The notes beneath the pieces were generated by a model. It saw only the letters and a list, made by a program, of their open reading frames with translations. It searched no databases and was not told the origin of the DNA. From Takakia lepidozioides (taxonomy: Eukaryota; Plantae; Bryophyta), in assembly GCA_030704615.1 (NCBI GenBank), contig CM060733.1, forward strand, positions 49,414,001 through 49,478,000: a DNA stretch of 64,000 bases. The letters run 5' to 3'. Shown here piece after piece: positions 13,997 to 26,500 of the stretch (its first letter is position 1; each line of letters begins with the position of its first letter). The position numbers were made by a program, and so were the translations under genes.

Positions 13997-15219
13997 GGTC
14001 ACTGATGGGGGTCTCTACGAATGCAACTAGCTGCCACTTGAAGCATGCAATGGACCTCAAAATCAGCAAACCGGTTATTGAGGCGAGGGTCCACCAAGAG
14101 ACACCCTTTCTCTTCCAACAAGGGTCGTGCCTGCACCTTTTCAGAAGCCAAGGTTAAATTAGCCAGAAAGAAAAACTCCTAAGGACAACACGTGCTCTAA
14201 AGAAATGTGCTTTGGCTAAACATTGTGGGCACAATACACCCTACACCGAATGGGGAAAAACAGATAAAATGCACAAGCTTTACTTTGAACCCAGAACAAA
14301 ACTGAAGCCTTACCCATGCAGTCAGGCACTGCTCTCATTTGGGACACTTTATATCAATTGACTTGCCCACCCCTGCTTATGATGGAGCAGTGAGGGAGGG
14401 AGATAAACCTCATCAGTTTAACTGAGAATGCAAAAAGCAAAAGAAGCTGAAGGCATTCCCTTACATATTCAGTGAGGCACTGCTCTCCTTTGGGGTGGTT
14501 GATGTCAATGGCCTTGCGACCTGTGATGAGCTCCAAAAGGACCACCCCAAATGAATATACATCTGCCTTGTCAGTGATTTGTCCACTTTGAGTGTACTCA
14601 TGTGCCAAATACCTGTTCAGAGCACAACCAACAACCCACGACTTTTCTAAGTACATCACGACTGTTTAGAGGACTTCAGAGATTTTAAATTGACCAAAGG
14701 AAAACACCCGCACTCTGCTCATTTATGCACGAAGTCACCTCAGGATACTCTTTCCTTCAGGAGAATAGGAGATTACCCCAAAAGTACCAATCACTCGGGT
14801 TTCCACACCACAGTCACCATCCGGCTGCCACCGTGCAAGCCCAAAGTCTCCAACCTGAGATCAAGGGACCACAAATAAAAAGTAACTGAAACATGCATCT
14901 TTGCAGGTAACCAAACAAAACAGAGTCAAATGCACAGGATTCATGAAGTGGAATTTCTGAGAATGCATTCTGATGGAACTACTGTGTGGGTGTGACAAAT
15001 ATATGATCAAGAACTGTATTAGCATTCTAATGAAGGATTTGTGCACTGGCAAGGATGCCAATGCTCAGCAGCCATATATGATGGCATGGCACACATCAGG
15101 GCAAGCCAAATGGAGCTTTGATTCCGTGTGGTTCTCTTCTGCTGCGAATGGAGAGTACAAAATGATGCCACTTTTCACCACACTTGCATATTCACAAACA
15201 CAGATGTAATAAAAAACCA
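13997..15219 (-). pseudogene. Duplicated fragment of the downstream RLCK kinase gene (copy of 21414-22804)
   Basis: Colinear exon+intron copy. APE changed to AHE ([10 protein letters not shown]). The HRD catalytic-loop exon (22351-22511) is deleted at ~14977. No start or upstream exons. Confidence 0.92.
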
Positions 15220-15819
15220 CGGCCCTTTTAATCAAATTAAAAGGTTTCACAAAGGTGGAAAAAATAACCACCGAGGGGGGCCGTGGAGGCTAACCCTAGT
15301 GAACCTGCCAAGTAGGTAGCGAAAGGAGAGATGTAGGAAAGAGCAGAAAGGGTGCCATAGCAGCTATGATGAAGCCAATGCTAAGGAGGAGATAGGGAGA
15401 AATGAGAGAGACTAGAGAGGGCTGAAGCTAAGAGGGGAGCCAAGCAGAAGAAAGGAACTCTTAAAACTACGAAAGGCCCGAAGCGAGAGTCGAAGAGGAA
15501 CTGGGGGAACACTCTGCAGCAGCAGTAATGATGTAACAAGATGATCCGAGGCTGCGAAGGGAGCTGAGTGGTGAAGAGCCAGCGAAGCGAATTTCCAGGT
15601 ATCAGAACTTGAGCTGAGCTCTGAATTTTGGATCTCTTGCTTCCTTGTGGCGCCAATTAAAATCTGAGTTCTCCCCGTCACCATGTCTGCTTCCTTGGTG
15701 GATGCTTCCTCGTCACCTCCTTGCGACCTACATTACAACTAATCTGCAAATTGTGTGAATCTTGTTTGCTGACTCACAGAGCATCTGAACTGGCGTATGC
15801 AAACAGGGACAACAAAGGT

Positions 15820-18335
15820 ATGGCGGGGGAGATTTTCATTTTAGACTTAGCCGGCACCCAGATCTTCAAGGTGCATGGGCCAAGGACAGTCAGGGACGTT
15901 TTGAAGGCTATTCCGCATGAGGGTAATTTGTTCGATGAAGGCGGATTTTTGTTGCTTGACCGCGATACCCTGGAGGAAGGATCCTATATCTTTAAGCATC
16001 TTGATATTCCTCCCCCAGGTGCGCGACGGTCTGCACTTGAGGAGAACTTGAGTAGATCTGTATTTTCTCGAAATGTATTTCCTCTCGTGCCTATGTTTTG
16101 TAGTCTGAAGCATAGTATGTAGTCTAAACCAGTGCCGGAGGTTTCTGTCCCCTCTAAAGGACAGTCCAATTGCTCTTCGTGCTCTCGTGCAGGTAATCTC
16201 TCTGAGGAACAGTGGCTACGACAACGTTTGGAAGGCTTTCGTGGTACTCCTACAGAAGGCGCAGTCTCACACCCAAGCTCAGAGAGGTATGGGGCATTGG
16301 TTCCTTGTGCAATACGGGGATGGGAGATCAGGCATTTGATTGAAGAATATGTTGAGGCAGCTGGCAAAGCGCGTGGCAGGTACCAGGCTATCAATAGTCC
16401 ACTAAGGGATTGTCCTACCAATGAGGTGGAAACACAGTCTGTTTGCCATATTATTCTCGCCGGTGTGAAAGAGTTTCTGGAAGAAAAGTATCGATTGCAT
16501 GAATCCATGAAAGTTCTTCGAGGTATCGATCTGTCAGTCAAAGACATCTGGGAACAGAAGCAGAAACCAGTGCAAATGTGCTCACGAATGAGCTCGCAGG
16601 GCAAAACTCATATCCTGATTTTGTGGTATTAAAGGGTTTAAAATGCCTCATGGTAGGAGAGGTGAAGAGACTCGGATATTTTGGGAATAGCACAACAGAA
16701 CCTATCCCTAACCTGTACCGGGCTTTTGAAAGTGCTGAGCCCTGGGAGTGGCCACCAAAGGCGAGAAACGTTCTCTTGCAAACATTCAATTATATGGTGG
16801 TCAACAAAAATGGTTATGGAATGATAACGTCGGCGGATTGGACTTTTCTTCTCAAGCGAGCAGATCCTGAATTATACATCAGTGAGGGGATCCGATGGAC
16901 TGGGGACAGTCCGACATTGGTTGCGGCCCTTGCCTGGCTGATAGATTCAGCTTTGGTTGACGAGACGTCATTCGAACTTGAAATGGGTTTGGATAAGCTT
17001 TCTCCCTCAGACTGGGGAGGTGATGATGGAGCAGGATCCAGCCAAGACCCAGATAACCATGGTGGCGGACCAGATTATCGACCCCCGAGGAGGGAAAATA
17101 ACGATCCAGATTGTACACCCCGAGGAGATCTGAGCGACCTAGCGACCCCAAGAAAAGGTAAAATTGAGCCATTGACGAGTTAAGAAGAAGGAAATGCATG
17201 CAAAATAAACATTGTGATTGGGCCAAGTAACCATGGTAGCGGACCAGATTATCGACCCCCGAGGAGGGAAAATAACGATCCAGATTGGACACCCCTGAGG
17301 AGATCTGAGCGACCTAGCGACCCCAGGAAAAGGTAAAAATTGAGCCATTGACGAGTTAAGAAGGAGAAGGAAACGCTAGCAAAATAAACATTGTGATTCG
17401 GCCTTTGGTTTTACCCATCTCAACCTGGAGACACATGTATCAACTACATGCTTTAAGGAAATGACAGTGAACTTGTTTAGAGTCAAGAGTAAGTACATAA
17501 TTAACAAAAGATTGCAACTGGCCTTTGTGTACCGAGACTACATCAGGAAGAAGTGAGTGGAAACTTGTACATTATTTAGTAATATCTAATACTATGTTAT
17601 CGAATTACAGGACGAGTGATATGCAGGAGACAGCTGCATGCATGTTACATTTGGAGAGGCACCCCTTTGCTGTGGGATGGAGCGGGGCTGCCGTACATGG
17701 CAGGGTTGAGGGCCACCGGGTGGTAGTCAAACTCACACCAAAAGGCTCAGAACGTGCTATGGTAAGCCTTTTCACTTTTGCTGGCATCTCCTTCTTTCAG
17801 AAATCTATTCTATTTTTGTTCTGCTGGCCCATATTATGTGTTTGTTGTGCAGGCTCTTATAAATGAGATTTGTGTTTATCAGAAGCTTATGAAGTATTGG
17901 GGGACTATCGTGTCAGCTCTTATCTCATATGGGACAACTGTGAATGGCACGATAGTGTTCATTGCGACAGACCTTATCAAAGGTCATGAACTTGGATTTG
18001 GTAAGGTTGTACATACAACAAGATAATTGTCCTGTTATATTGTCATTTCTCTGTTTCAAAAGTACCTAGCATTCTAGTAGCGTGCTAATCTGTTGGATGC
18101 ATGGTTTTGTCCAGGAAAGGTGACCCCAGAAGTTGCGAGTGCAACAGTTGAAGCCCTTCGGGTCATACATAACTCCGGCATACTTCATGGGGACATCCGG
18201 AGAAGCAACATATTGGTATTGGGTGAAGGACAGGAAGTTCATTTTATTGATTTCGGGTTTTCTCGGGACATCAAGAGCTCTGAAGATTGCAAGAGAGAGC
18301 ATGCAGAGTTGCAACACATTCTTGGTTTGGAATGA
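15820..18335 (+). CDS. Crinkler/RHS-like protein: N-terminal header + PD-(D/E)xK nuclease + protein kinase; one frame break in the linker (possible pseudogene)
   Basis: Predicted exons 15820-16018, 16193-16522, 16600-17157, 17611-17761, 17853-18000, 18115-18335. The 77-nt GT-AG intron 16523-16599 restores frame. Motifs: YPDFVVL..MVGEVKR, LLQTFNYM..GYGMITS..WTFLLKR; kinase GWSGAAV, VVVK, NE, LHGDIRRSNIL, FIDFGFS. Donor at 17158 is phase 1 while the 17611 acceptor needs phase 2. Confidence 0.8.
17054..17403 (+). repeat. ~174-bp tandem duplication spanning an exon 3' end and donor site
   Basis: 17054-17227 and 17228-17403 are near-identical (taaccatggt...gaaaag/gtaaaa...ttgtgatt). Confidence 0.9.
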
Positions 18336-18438
18336 AATTGGACATATGTAAGGCCTCATGAATGAGAAGGGTAAATCCAGATGTTCTTTTCCCTTTTCTG
18401 TCTGTTGTTCTCTCGCTGAGGTATCAAAATTCGTCTCA

Positions 18439-19195
18439 TCCTTTCATTTGTCTACTTGTCTTGTTCAGATGCAATTCCATGTAAGCTGTTTCTGCAGTCT
18501 GTTTAGCTCCCCTATCCCTCAAGTGTGTAAGTAGTCGGCAGTGCAATCAGAGCCACTATTTCACATTGGAATTAACCAAAGGACTACATTATGCTAAAGT
18601 GTAGAGTACTAGAGTGGGAGCTACCAGATTAAAATGTGTGATATTCATTGAAGGAATGTTGGAACGAATATTTTCCTAGGCTGACATCAATATGAACCCC
18701 TCAACCAACATAGTCGTCAAACCCTTTCAGTTGTGGGCAGCATTGTTAACTCAGTAAGGCCAATTTGCGGTGCACATATTAATAGCTATCTCTCTCCTGT
18801 TCAGAACCAGCACTCTCTTTGCCTGCACTTTTTTCATGTTACTGAGCAGATCCTAGAGACTATAGCTCTCAGGGAAATTGAAGAACTCCAGAATGACTGC
18901 CTTGTGACTTCTAAAGGCTTACTGGAGGATGGAAGTTCACTGTCAGTAGAAGATACTCCTGACCTTTAATGAACAGAGACTGAAGCATGCCATTACTCCA
19001 TGGAACCAATGGAACAATCCGTCAATAGGATCTGTGTAATTTTAAATGCATGCATGTTCAAAGTGTTGCATTTACAGAAGGGGGTGAGGAAATTCAGGTG
19101 CCATTAGGTGTTCTGCATCAGGCAAAGGTTACTGCCAAAGCTGCCCAGGACGAGGACATGGGTGCTGTTGCATGTGAGGGGCCATTGTAACTAAG
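18439..19195 (+). pseudogene. Duplicate of PAG1 last intron and last exon (copy of 13231-13995)
   Basis: ORF-track translations 13521-13757 and 18733-18969 are identical. Exon copy 19098-19190 lacks gattagccaggagct and reads ...DEDMGAVACEGPL*. Confidence 0.93.
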
Positions 19196-20536
19196 TTCCT
19201 ACAACAACTTATGAATTAAATAGATTATGTGGAAAGTAGCCCTCTCACCATATTCCTTCTGTTAAGCTCCATGTTAGTGAGATTCACATGCACAGATGTC
19301 CAGAAGAATTTTCTTTGGGTTTAGATTCAGATGCTATTGTGCAAGGATTCCAAGTTCAATCACCGCCCAGCTTAAGAATTTCTGGGGCACTTCTCATGCT
19401 TTTCTGGTTCTGACTACATTTGCAAACCAGGGATGTCAATAGCCCATGCAAGAGATTTGCATACATCAATCAATCCACAATAGTCCCCATGAATTTAGAA
19501 TGTCTTGCTGTAGGTTGTGAAAGGGTAGGTTCCCTGATGCATCTCCCTGATGGACTGTCAACATTGCATTCCAAGCACCACCTTAGCATTCCATGGGGAG
19601 AAATGCCAATGTTGCTGGGAATGACAATCCCTGCACGTCCAGAGTTATCCCAGACTTCGGGAATGTGAAAGGCCTTCAGTGGCACTGAGAACTACAAAGA
19701 TGCAAGTGCAAAGTCAGCAGAGCCCTGCCATTCGCAAACAGCTGAATACGTGGGGTACTAGAACTAACAGCCCTCTAACAGTGTCACTTCCCAAATCCGC
19801 AAATGTGCCATGGAATGTATTCCTGGCCCATTACATAGGCCAACTATAAGTGCCCTCCAGATAAATGGCAAATTCGAAGAGTTTTCGTTGTCATGTCTTT
19901 AACATGGTCCTTCCTGCAATTATTTTATCAATCCAGACATCTAACTGCAGGGCAGGAATCCTGCAACATTTTCCAACTCAACCTATAACAATGTTTCATA
20001 CTTCCCAAAGAAGCCACCCTATCACCATCACAACCTGTCTAAATGGTCAAAATGAGATTTCGGACAAGCACAACTGAAACCAACTCACAACAGGCACAAC
20101 CCATTTAATCATACACATTGTATTACAGAGGATAATGATCTTTTCCCCAAAGACATTATGATGCTTTTCCTTCCATAAAGGTAACTGTCATGCCTTCCGC
20201 AAACCTTGATTAGATTGAAGTAATGTACATAATTGGGAAACCCAAGTACATGCAAGCAGTTCACACCTGACGGCAAGGGCCACAAGCTATGGTGGGTCGA
20301 ACCACTACCTAGGAGACGGAAAACTGAGGTGTTGTGAAGGGTCAACGTTGACCCCAGTATCTATACATCTAGTCAGTATGATTCAAACAGGAGCTCTCAG
20401 AAATGTCTCCGTCATTCATAACCTGTGTCTCAGCAAAACTACTATACAAAGCTGCCAGGTGCACCACACTCATCAGAAAGGAAATCTGGTTAGTGCACAC
20501 TTGCAGGCCAAGACTAGTGTGTCATTGCTCGTTGCC

Positions 20537-23500
20537 TTACTTCTGCCTTCTGGATGCTAAAGGCCTCATTGATTGGGTTCCCACTAACGGGGTCAAAAGT
20601 GTCTCGTTACCTTCAGCAGCATGTCTATCCAGACTAATATGATCCAAAGAGCCCTTACCAGCAGTGCAGCTTTCATTAGGGGAGGTTAAGGCGTGGTTGT
20701 AAATGCCTTTCTCCATGTAAGCAGCTTTCAAGGCCTCGTAGCTCAATTTCCCACTGTGAGAAACCAGAGGTTCTGCTACAGGCTTACCCCTGTAATTTCT
20801 GGTGGTTGGGCTCAACTTTAAGGGACCACTCTGCGACAAGCTGCTCAGCTTGCCACTGGGACTCGAGTAACTCGATTGATGGTTGCTTGGGGGACTGATC
20901 TCCGAGAAAAGCTGCAAATCCTGTCGGCCTGAAGACCCCATCACCTGCCGTCTGCTGCCAGGGTGATCATAAGAAGACCTACCAGAAATAAAAGATGATG
21001 ATGGAGAGCCACTAGCATCAAGCATCATCTCACCCTCAAGCATCCGCAGCACCTGCCGTCATGGAACAAAGACTCCTTCAGCAACAAACAGTGTTGTCTA
21101 TTTACAAAACAAAACGGAGGTTTCCTCACGGCTCCACAAATTTTCGGGACTTCAAGTAGAAGATGAATCAACTGCTGCCAGTATTAGCTATTGTGCACCA
21201 TCAGCCATGTCCAAGAGAAGAGTTATCTAAGTATACAGAGGGCGGGTTTGGATTATACACAGAGTTGATATAAGCCATGTCATGCGTGGGAACCATTGTG
21301 ACCTGTTTTGGAGTGGCACCTTATTGGATGATTCTGTAAGGAACTCAGTACTGAAGAGTGAAACCACTCCTTTGCTGATAGCTTTTAGGCAAGGACCAAC
21401 CTGTGACATGCGAGGTCGCTGATGGGGGTCTCTACGAATGCAACAAGCTGCCACTTGAAGCATGCAATGGACCTCAAAATCAGCATACCGGTTCTTGAGG
21501 TGAGGGTCCACTAAGAGACACCCTTTCTCTTCCAACAAGGGTCGTGCCTGCACCTTTTCAGAAGCCAAGGTTAAATTAGCCAGAAAGAAAAACTCCTAAG
21601 GACAACGCGTACTCTAAGGAAATCTGCTTTGCCTAAACATTGTGGGCACAATACACCCCACAGCGAATGGGGAAAAACGGATAAAATGCACTGCTCTCTC
21701 TTCATATCATTTGACTTGCCCACCCACGCTTAGGATGGAGCAGTGAGGATGGGAAATAATCCTCATCAGTTACTGAGAATGCAGAAAGAAAAAGAAGCTG
21801 CAGGCATTCCCTTACCCATTCAGTGAGGCACTGCTCTCCTTTGGGGCGGTTGATGTCAATGGCCTTGCGACCTGTGATGAGCTCCAAAAGGACCACCCCA
21901 AATGAATATACATCTGCCTTGTCAGTGATTTGTCCACTTTGAGTGTACTCAGGTGCCAAATACCTGTTCAGAGCACAACCAACAACCCATGACTTTTCTG
22001 AGTACATCACAACTATTTAGAGGACTTCAGAGATTTAAATTGATCAAAGGAAAACACCCGCACTCTGCTCATTTATGCACGAAGTTACCTCAGGATACTC
22101 TTTCCTTCAGGAGTATAGGAGAATAGGAGATTACCCGAAGGTACCAATCACTCGGGTTTCCACACCACAGTCACCATCCGGCTGCCACCGTGCAAGCCCA
22201 AAGTCTCCAACCTGAGATCAACGGACCACAAATAGTAACTGAAACATGCATCTTTGCAGGTAACCAACAAAACTGTCAAATGCACAGGATTCATGAAGTG
22301 GAATTTCTGAGAATGCATTCTGATGGAGAATAGGTGGAATATGTACATACCATCGGTTCAAAGTCATGGGTGAGCAGAATGTTGTTAGGACGCAAGTCAC
22401 GGTGCACTATGCAACCGACACGGCACTCCTCATGCAGGTAGCGCAGCCCACGTGCAGCCCCAATGGCTATCTTCTGGCGGGACTGCCATTCTAAGGGGCC
22501 CCTATCTTGGCCTGCACAAACAAATACATGCCACAACTACTGCGTGGGTGTGACAAATATATGATCAAGAACTATGTTTGCATTCTAATGAAGCATTTGT
22601 GCATGGACTGATCAAGGCAAGGATGCCAATGATCAACAGCCATATATGATGGCATAGCACGCATCAGGGCAAGCCAAATCAAGCTTGATTCTGTGGAGTT
22701 CTCTTCCGCTGCGAATGGAGAGTACAAAATAGCATTATCAATGCCACTTTTCACCCTTATTTCCACACTTGCATATTCACAAACACAGATGTAATAAAAA
22801 ACCAGACCCATATTTAACTCTGGCTTCAACACAAGGAAAGACAAACAAGATCAGTAGGGCATCAGCAACTGCTGACCTCCAAGGAAGTGCTTGCCTGTGA
22901 GTGGTTGATGTGAGAGCCTACTAAACTCTGAACTGACATTTGAGGTAACCAAACATTAAGAGAGAGCCACATCCAAGGTAAAGAGAGCATTGGAGATCAA
23001 AACAAAGGCCCCAGCACAAAAACCTCAAGGAATAGAAACAATGTGCTCTTGACATGCTTGCTGTAGTCATAGATCTGGCGCCCAGCTTGGGAGGGACAAG
23101 AGGGAACCCAGCACTGGGACTTACCTTGGTGTAAACAATGGGTTCAAGGGAACTTGTATGCTTAACTTTGTTTTGTTTGGACATTCTTCATGCTTCTGAC
23201 ATGGCCTTAGATACTTCAGCCTTCAAGTAAGCTTCATCTAGCAGGGCCAGTTCTTCCTGCCTAATATTCACGTGCTCGAGAATCTCCTCTACCTTTTTCC
23301 ACCAGCACTAAGCCTGTTTAACACGTCAATCTTGCTTCCAAGAAATATAGTCGAAAATCTCAAGGTGTCTGGTATTAGGGCATGCAATTCAACTGACCCC
23401 ACCATCTGACATGAATGCATCACGTCAGTATGCCAAACTCGTCCCGCACAGCCACATTAGCTGTTCTAGAGCTCGCTGACATGGTCTCTTTTACACAATA

Positions 23501-26500
23501 GATGAATGGATTCTAAAGTTTTAGCATAGTTGGAATTGCCTTCCCACACGGCAGATGCATACTCCGAGGTAGGCCTAATAACGTTGCCAAGCATGGTCCT
23601 TTTACCTTCAGTATTAATCCTTCTGGAGTCGAAAAATTGAGTGAGACAAGCTTTGGGTTTAGCTGTTTGAACCACTTTTCGTATGTGCCCTTCCCAGGAC
23701 CTTCATAGAAGACACTTCTAGACTCCAAATCAACCTCAAGATGGGTGCATATTAGCCTACAAATTAGCTTGCCAACTGTGCAGAGAAAGGGCAAGGGCCT
23801 CTACCATAGGATCGCCATCGTGCTTAATTAGCTGATTGACAATCCCATCACAACCACCGGCTTTATAGCCCTTCAGATATTCTATTGCCTCAGCAATCTG
23901 AGAAGAACTTAGGAAGAGAAACAATAACATGTAGGAAGGGAAGCAGAAAGACTGCTCTCACCACTGAGAGAGCCAATCCAAGAGAACGAGACAGATAACT
24001 ACACCCTATGTTACAATGACCAGCTGGTATAACTACCGACTTCATCAGTTTCTGACAGGGTGCAGACAAAAAAAATTCTAGAAACTAGTGACATCGCCAT
24101 TGAGCTTAAACTTACCATAGAGGTGAGAATCCAATGAGCCATTGCAGATGAACTCATAGACAAGCAACCGCCGTTTACCCTCGACACAGTAGCCACTGAG
24201 CATCACCACATTCCGGTGCTGTGCACAGCTTAGGACCTCAACCTCTGCACAAAACTCTTTGTCTCCCTGTGTACTCGCCAGCTTATGCTGCTTCACTGCC
24301 ACAGCCTGGCCATCTGGAAGAACCCCTCTGTGAACCGAACCATATCCACCCTCAGCCAGAAAGTTAGCCTGAGAAAAACCCCCAGTGGCAAGCTCTAGCT
24401 CAGCATAGCTGTATCTTCGAGGGGGTTTTCCAAACACAGGTGCTTTGTGCTGACAAATTGAGCACAGGGGTGGGGCTCCTAGGGGAGTGTGCTGAGATAA
24501 CATCATTGCCTTTCGCACACTTGATGTGCGGTCCAAATCACCTTGCTTGGGCCTTGGTGGCAGGGATTCACCCCCAGATTCGCGGTTCCCTTGGTCTCCC
24601 CCACTGTACTTGTATCGACTGTCTCCCGTAACCTTGTTGACCTCCTTAACCTGTCTTACCTCTGCACACGAGGACATGGTTAGAGAATCTGATGTACTTG
24701 CAGTGTACGGTGAGATGGGATGGGAGGACCATTGAATCAGTGATGAAGGTTGCCAGGTATGCCCACTATGTGTAGAAGCCAAAAATGCAGCACGCATCAT
24801 GGTGGTAACATAAACCCCAGGTTAAAGCCATGTTCAACAACTCGAGTCCTTGCTCCTTGCAGCCCATGACAAGCAGGGGAGGCCCAGGGGACTTCAGGGA
24901 CAGAGGAGGGCTAAAGCAAGAGACAGGGAGAGGCAAAGAGAGATAACATAGCTGAATGTTCCAAAAACATAAGATGTTGAAGCTCTCTGTACCTCTTTCT
25001 GGCTTGAAAAGCTCAGAAAGGGATCCTCGCTGCAAGGGCACTCTGCCAATCTCGGAATTCACTTGGAGCATGGCTTCTAGCTTCGGCCCCAAACTTGATT
25101 CCCTTCTACTGATGGAGGGCCGGCTTTCAAATGACTGCCGCCTACTTGCATTGACTGATTTTACTGGTGACTCCCTTTGAGAGCTTTTCACTGGTGATTC
25201 CCGCCTGGAGCTTGCTCTGGACGCTGTTCTGGAGGCAGTTCTGGAGACTACTTTGAAAGCTGGTGTCAGTTCACCCGAAAATCCCATGCTCCTGTTACCT
25301 GTTTGAGCCATTATTTTCCAGCACAGCTGCCATTAAAGATGCTCTCTATCAAGTTTTAATGAACGCAAGGGAGCTACAGAGCTACGGCAAACAGCATCTT
25401 AAGAGTACATTCTATCAAGTGTTAATGCATGAGATTTACACAATTCTCAGCCAAACCCACAGCCAAGTGCCATTTACGGTTCAACTTCAAAGATGTGACA
25501 AGTAGCATACCTTTTCATCTCCTGTGGCCAATACAGCAGCACAAAAATGATGAGAAGGTTCATGCACATGTTTCAGAAAAGAATGGCTTCTGAGAGTGAC
25601 ACATGCACACCTGAAGGCTCATGCTGATTTTCCAATTGGGACTCAGCTCTTGCATTGAAGGACTTGTCAATTTTGGTATTGCAATTACTTGCATGGCGTC
25701 TTGGATCGGGTCTCACTCCTGGCACAAGGCTACCATCATCACTGTCCGAGTCATAATTTGTGTACGATCCTCCCTCCTCCATCAGTTCTTCTGCTGTAGC
25801 CTCCAAGATGGCTCCCCTTACAATCATTCCTGAAGATCCATGGTCCAATTGTGGACCAGAGGGAGAATACGGAGAATTACCAGGCTCAGAGCTGGAGTTG
25901 GAGGAGGTCCCAGGCTCAGATGGTGTAAAAGGGGTCTTGATGTCATCAGGGCTGCTTGAAGGAGTGGTCTGGTTTGAGCCTGACGAAAACCTACTGACTG
26001 TGCTCGAAGCCCCACGATTGGATCCCTTGGGAGGTTCCAAGTGGCTTAGTCCCTCCAGCAGTCTCGATGATGACTCACTTTCAGGCAGTAGCCCCAAGGG
26101 TCCCTTGCGCTTGAGATTCAAACGCAATACCTTGGGCTCCAAGGGCTTCACGAGCACAATGTTACAGTGCAGCAGCTCCATACAATACTTCCCCTCTTTC
26201 TTCAAATGCCTGTCAATGAGACATGCCCTCAGATTAACATGTGTAGCCTACACAGTATCCAACAAACCTGCTCCTAAACATGCATCACCCTCTGAGGATG
26301 ATAAGCCTGGACTAACATACACCCCACCATAAACACACTGCAGATTCAGTGATTACAAGACGACTGCTCACAGAGATCAGGACACAAGGACTGCCAAAGG
26401 TACTCATCCCTTGAGATATACAAAAAGCCTATTGAAAATAGATCATCTGTAGTGTTCATAGAGTGCGACATTGTGCACTTACAAGAAAGTAGGGCAAGGA

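Noticed and set aside
16503-16632. Frameshift or programmed slippage between ORFs 16132-16632 and 16578-17183
   Set aside because: A 77-nt GT-AG intron (16523-16599) with a ctcac branch-like motif explains the frame change.
19200-20500. Short ORFs between the PAG1 copy and the kinase stop
   Set aside because: No recognisable motifs; likely UTR or decayed repeat.
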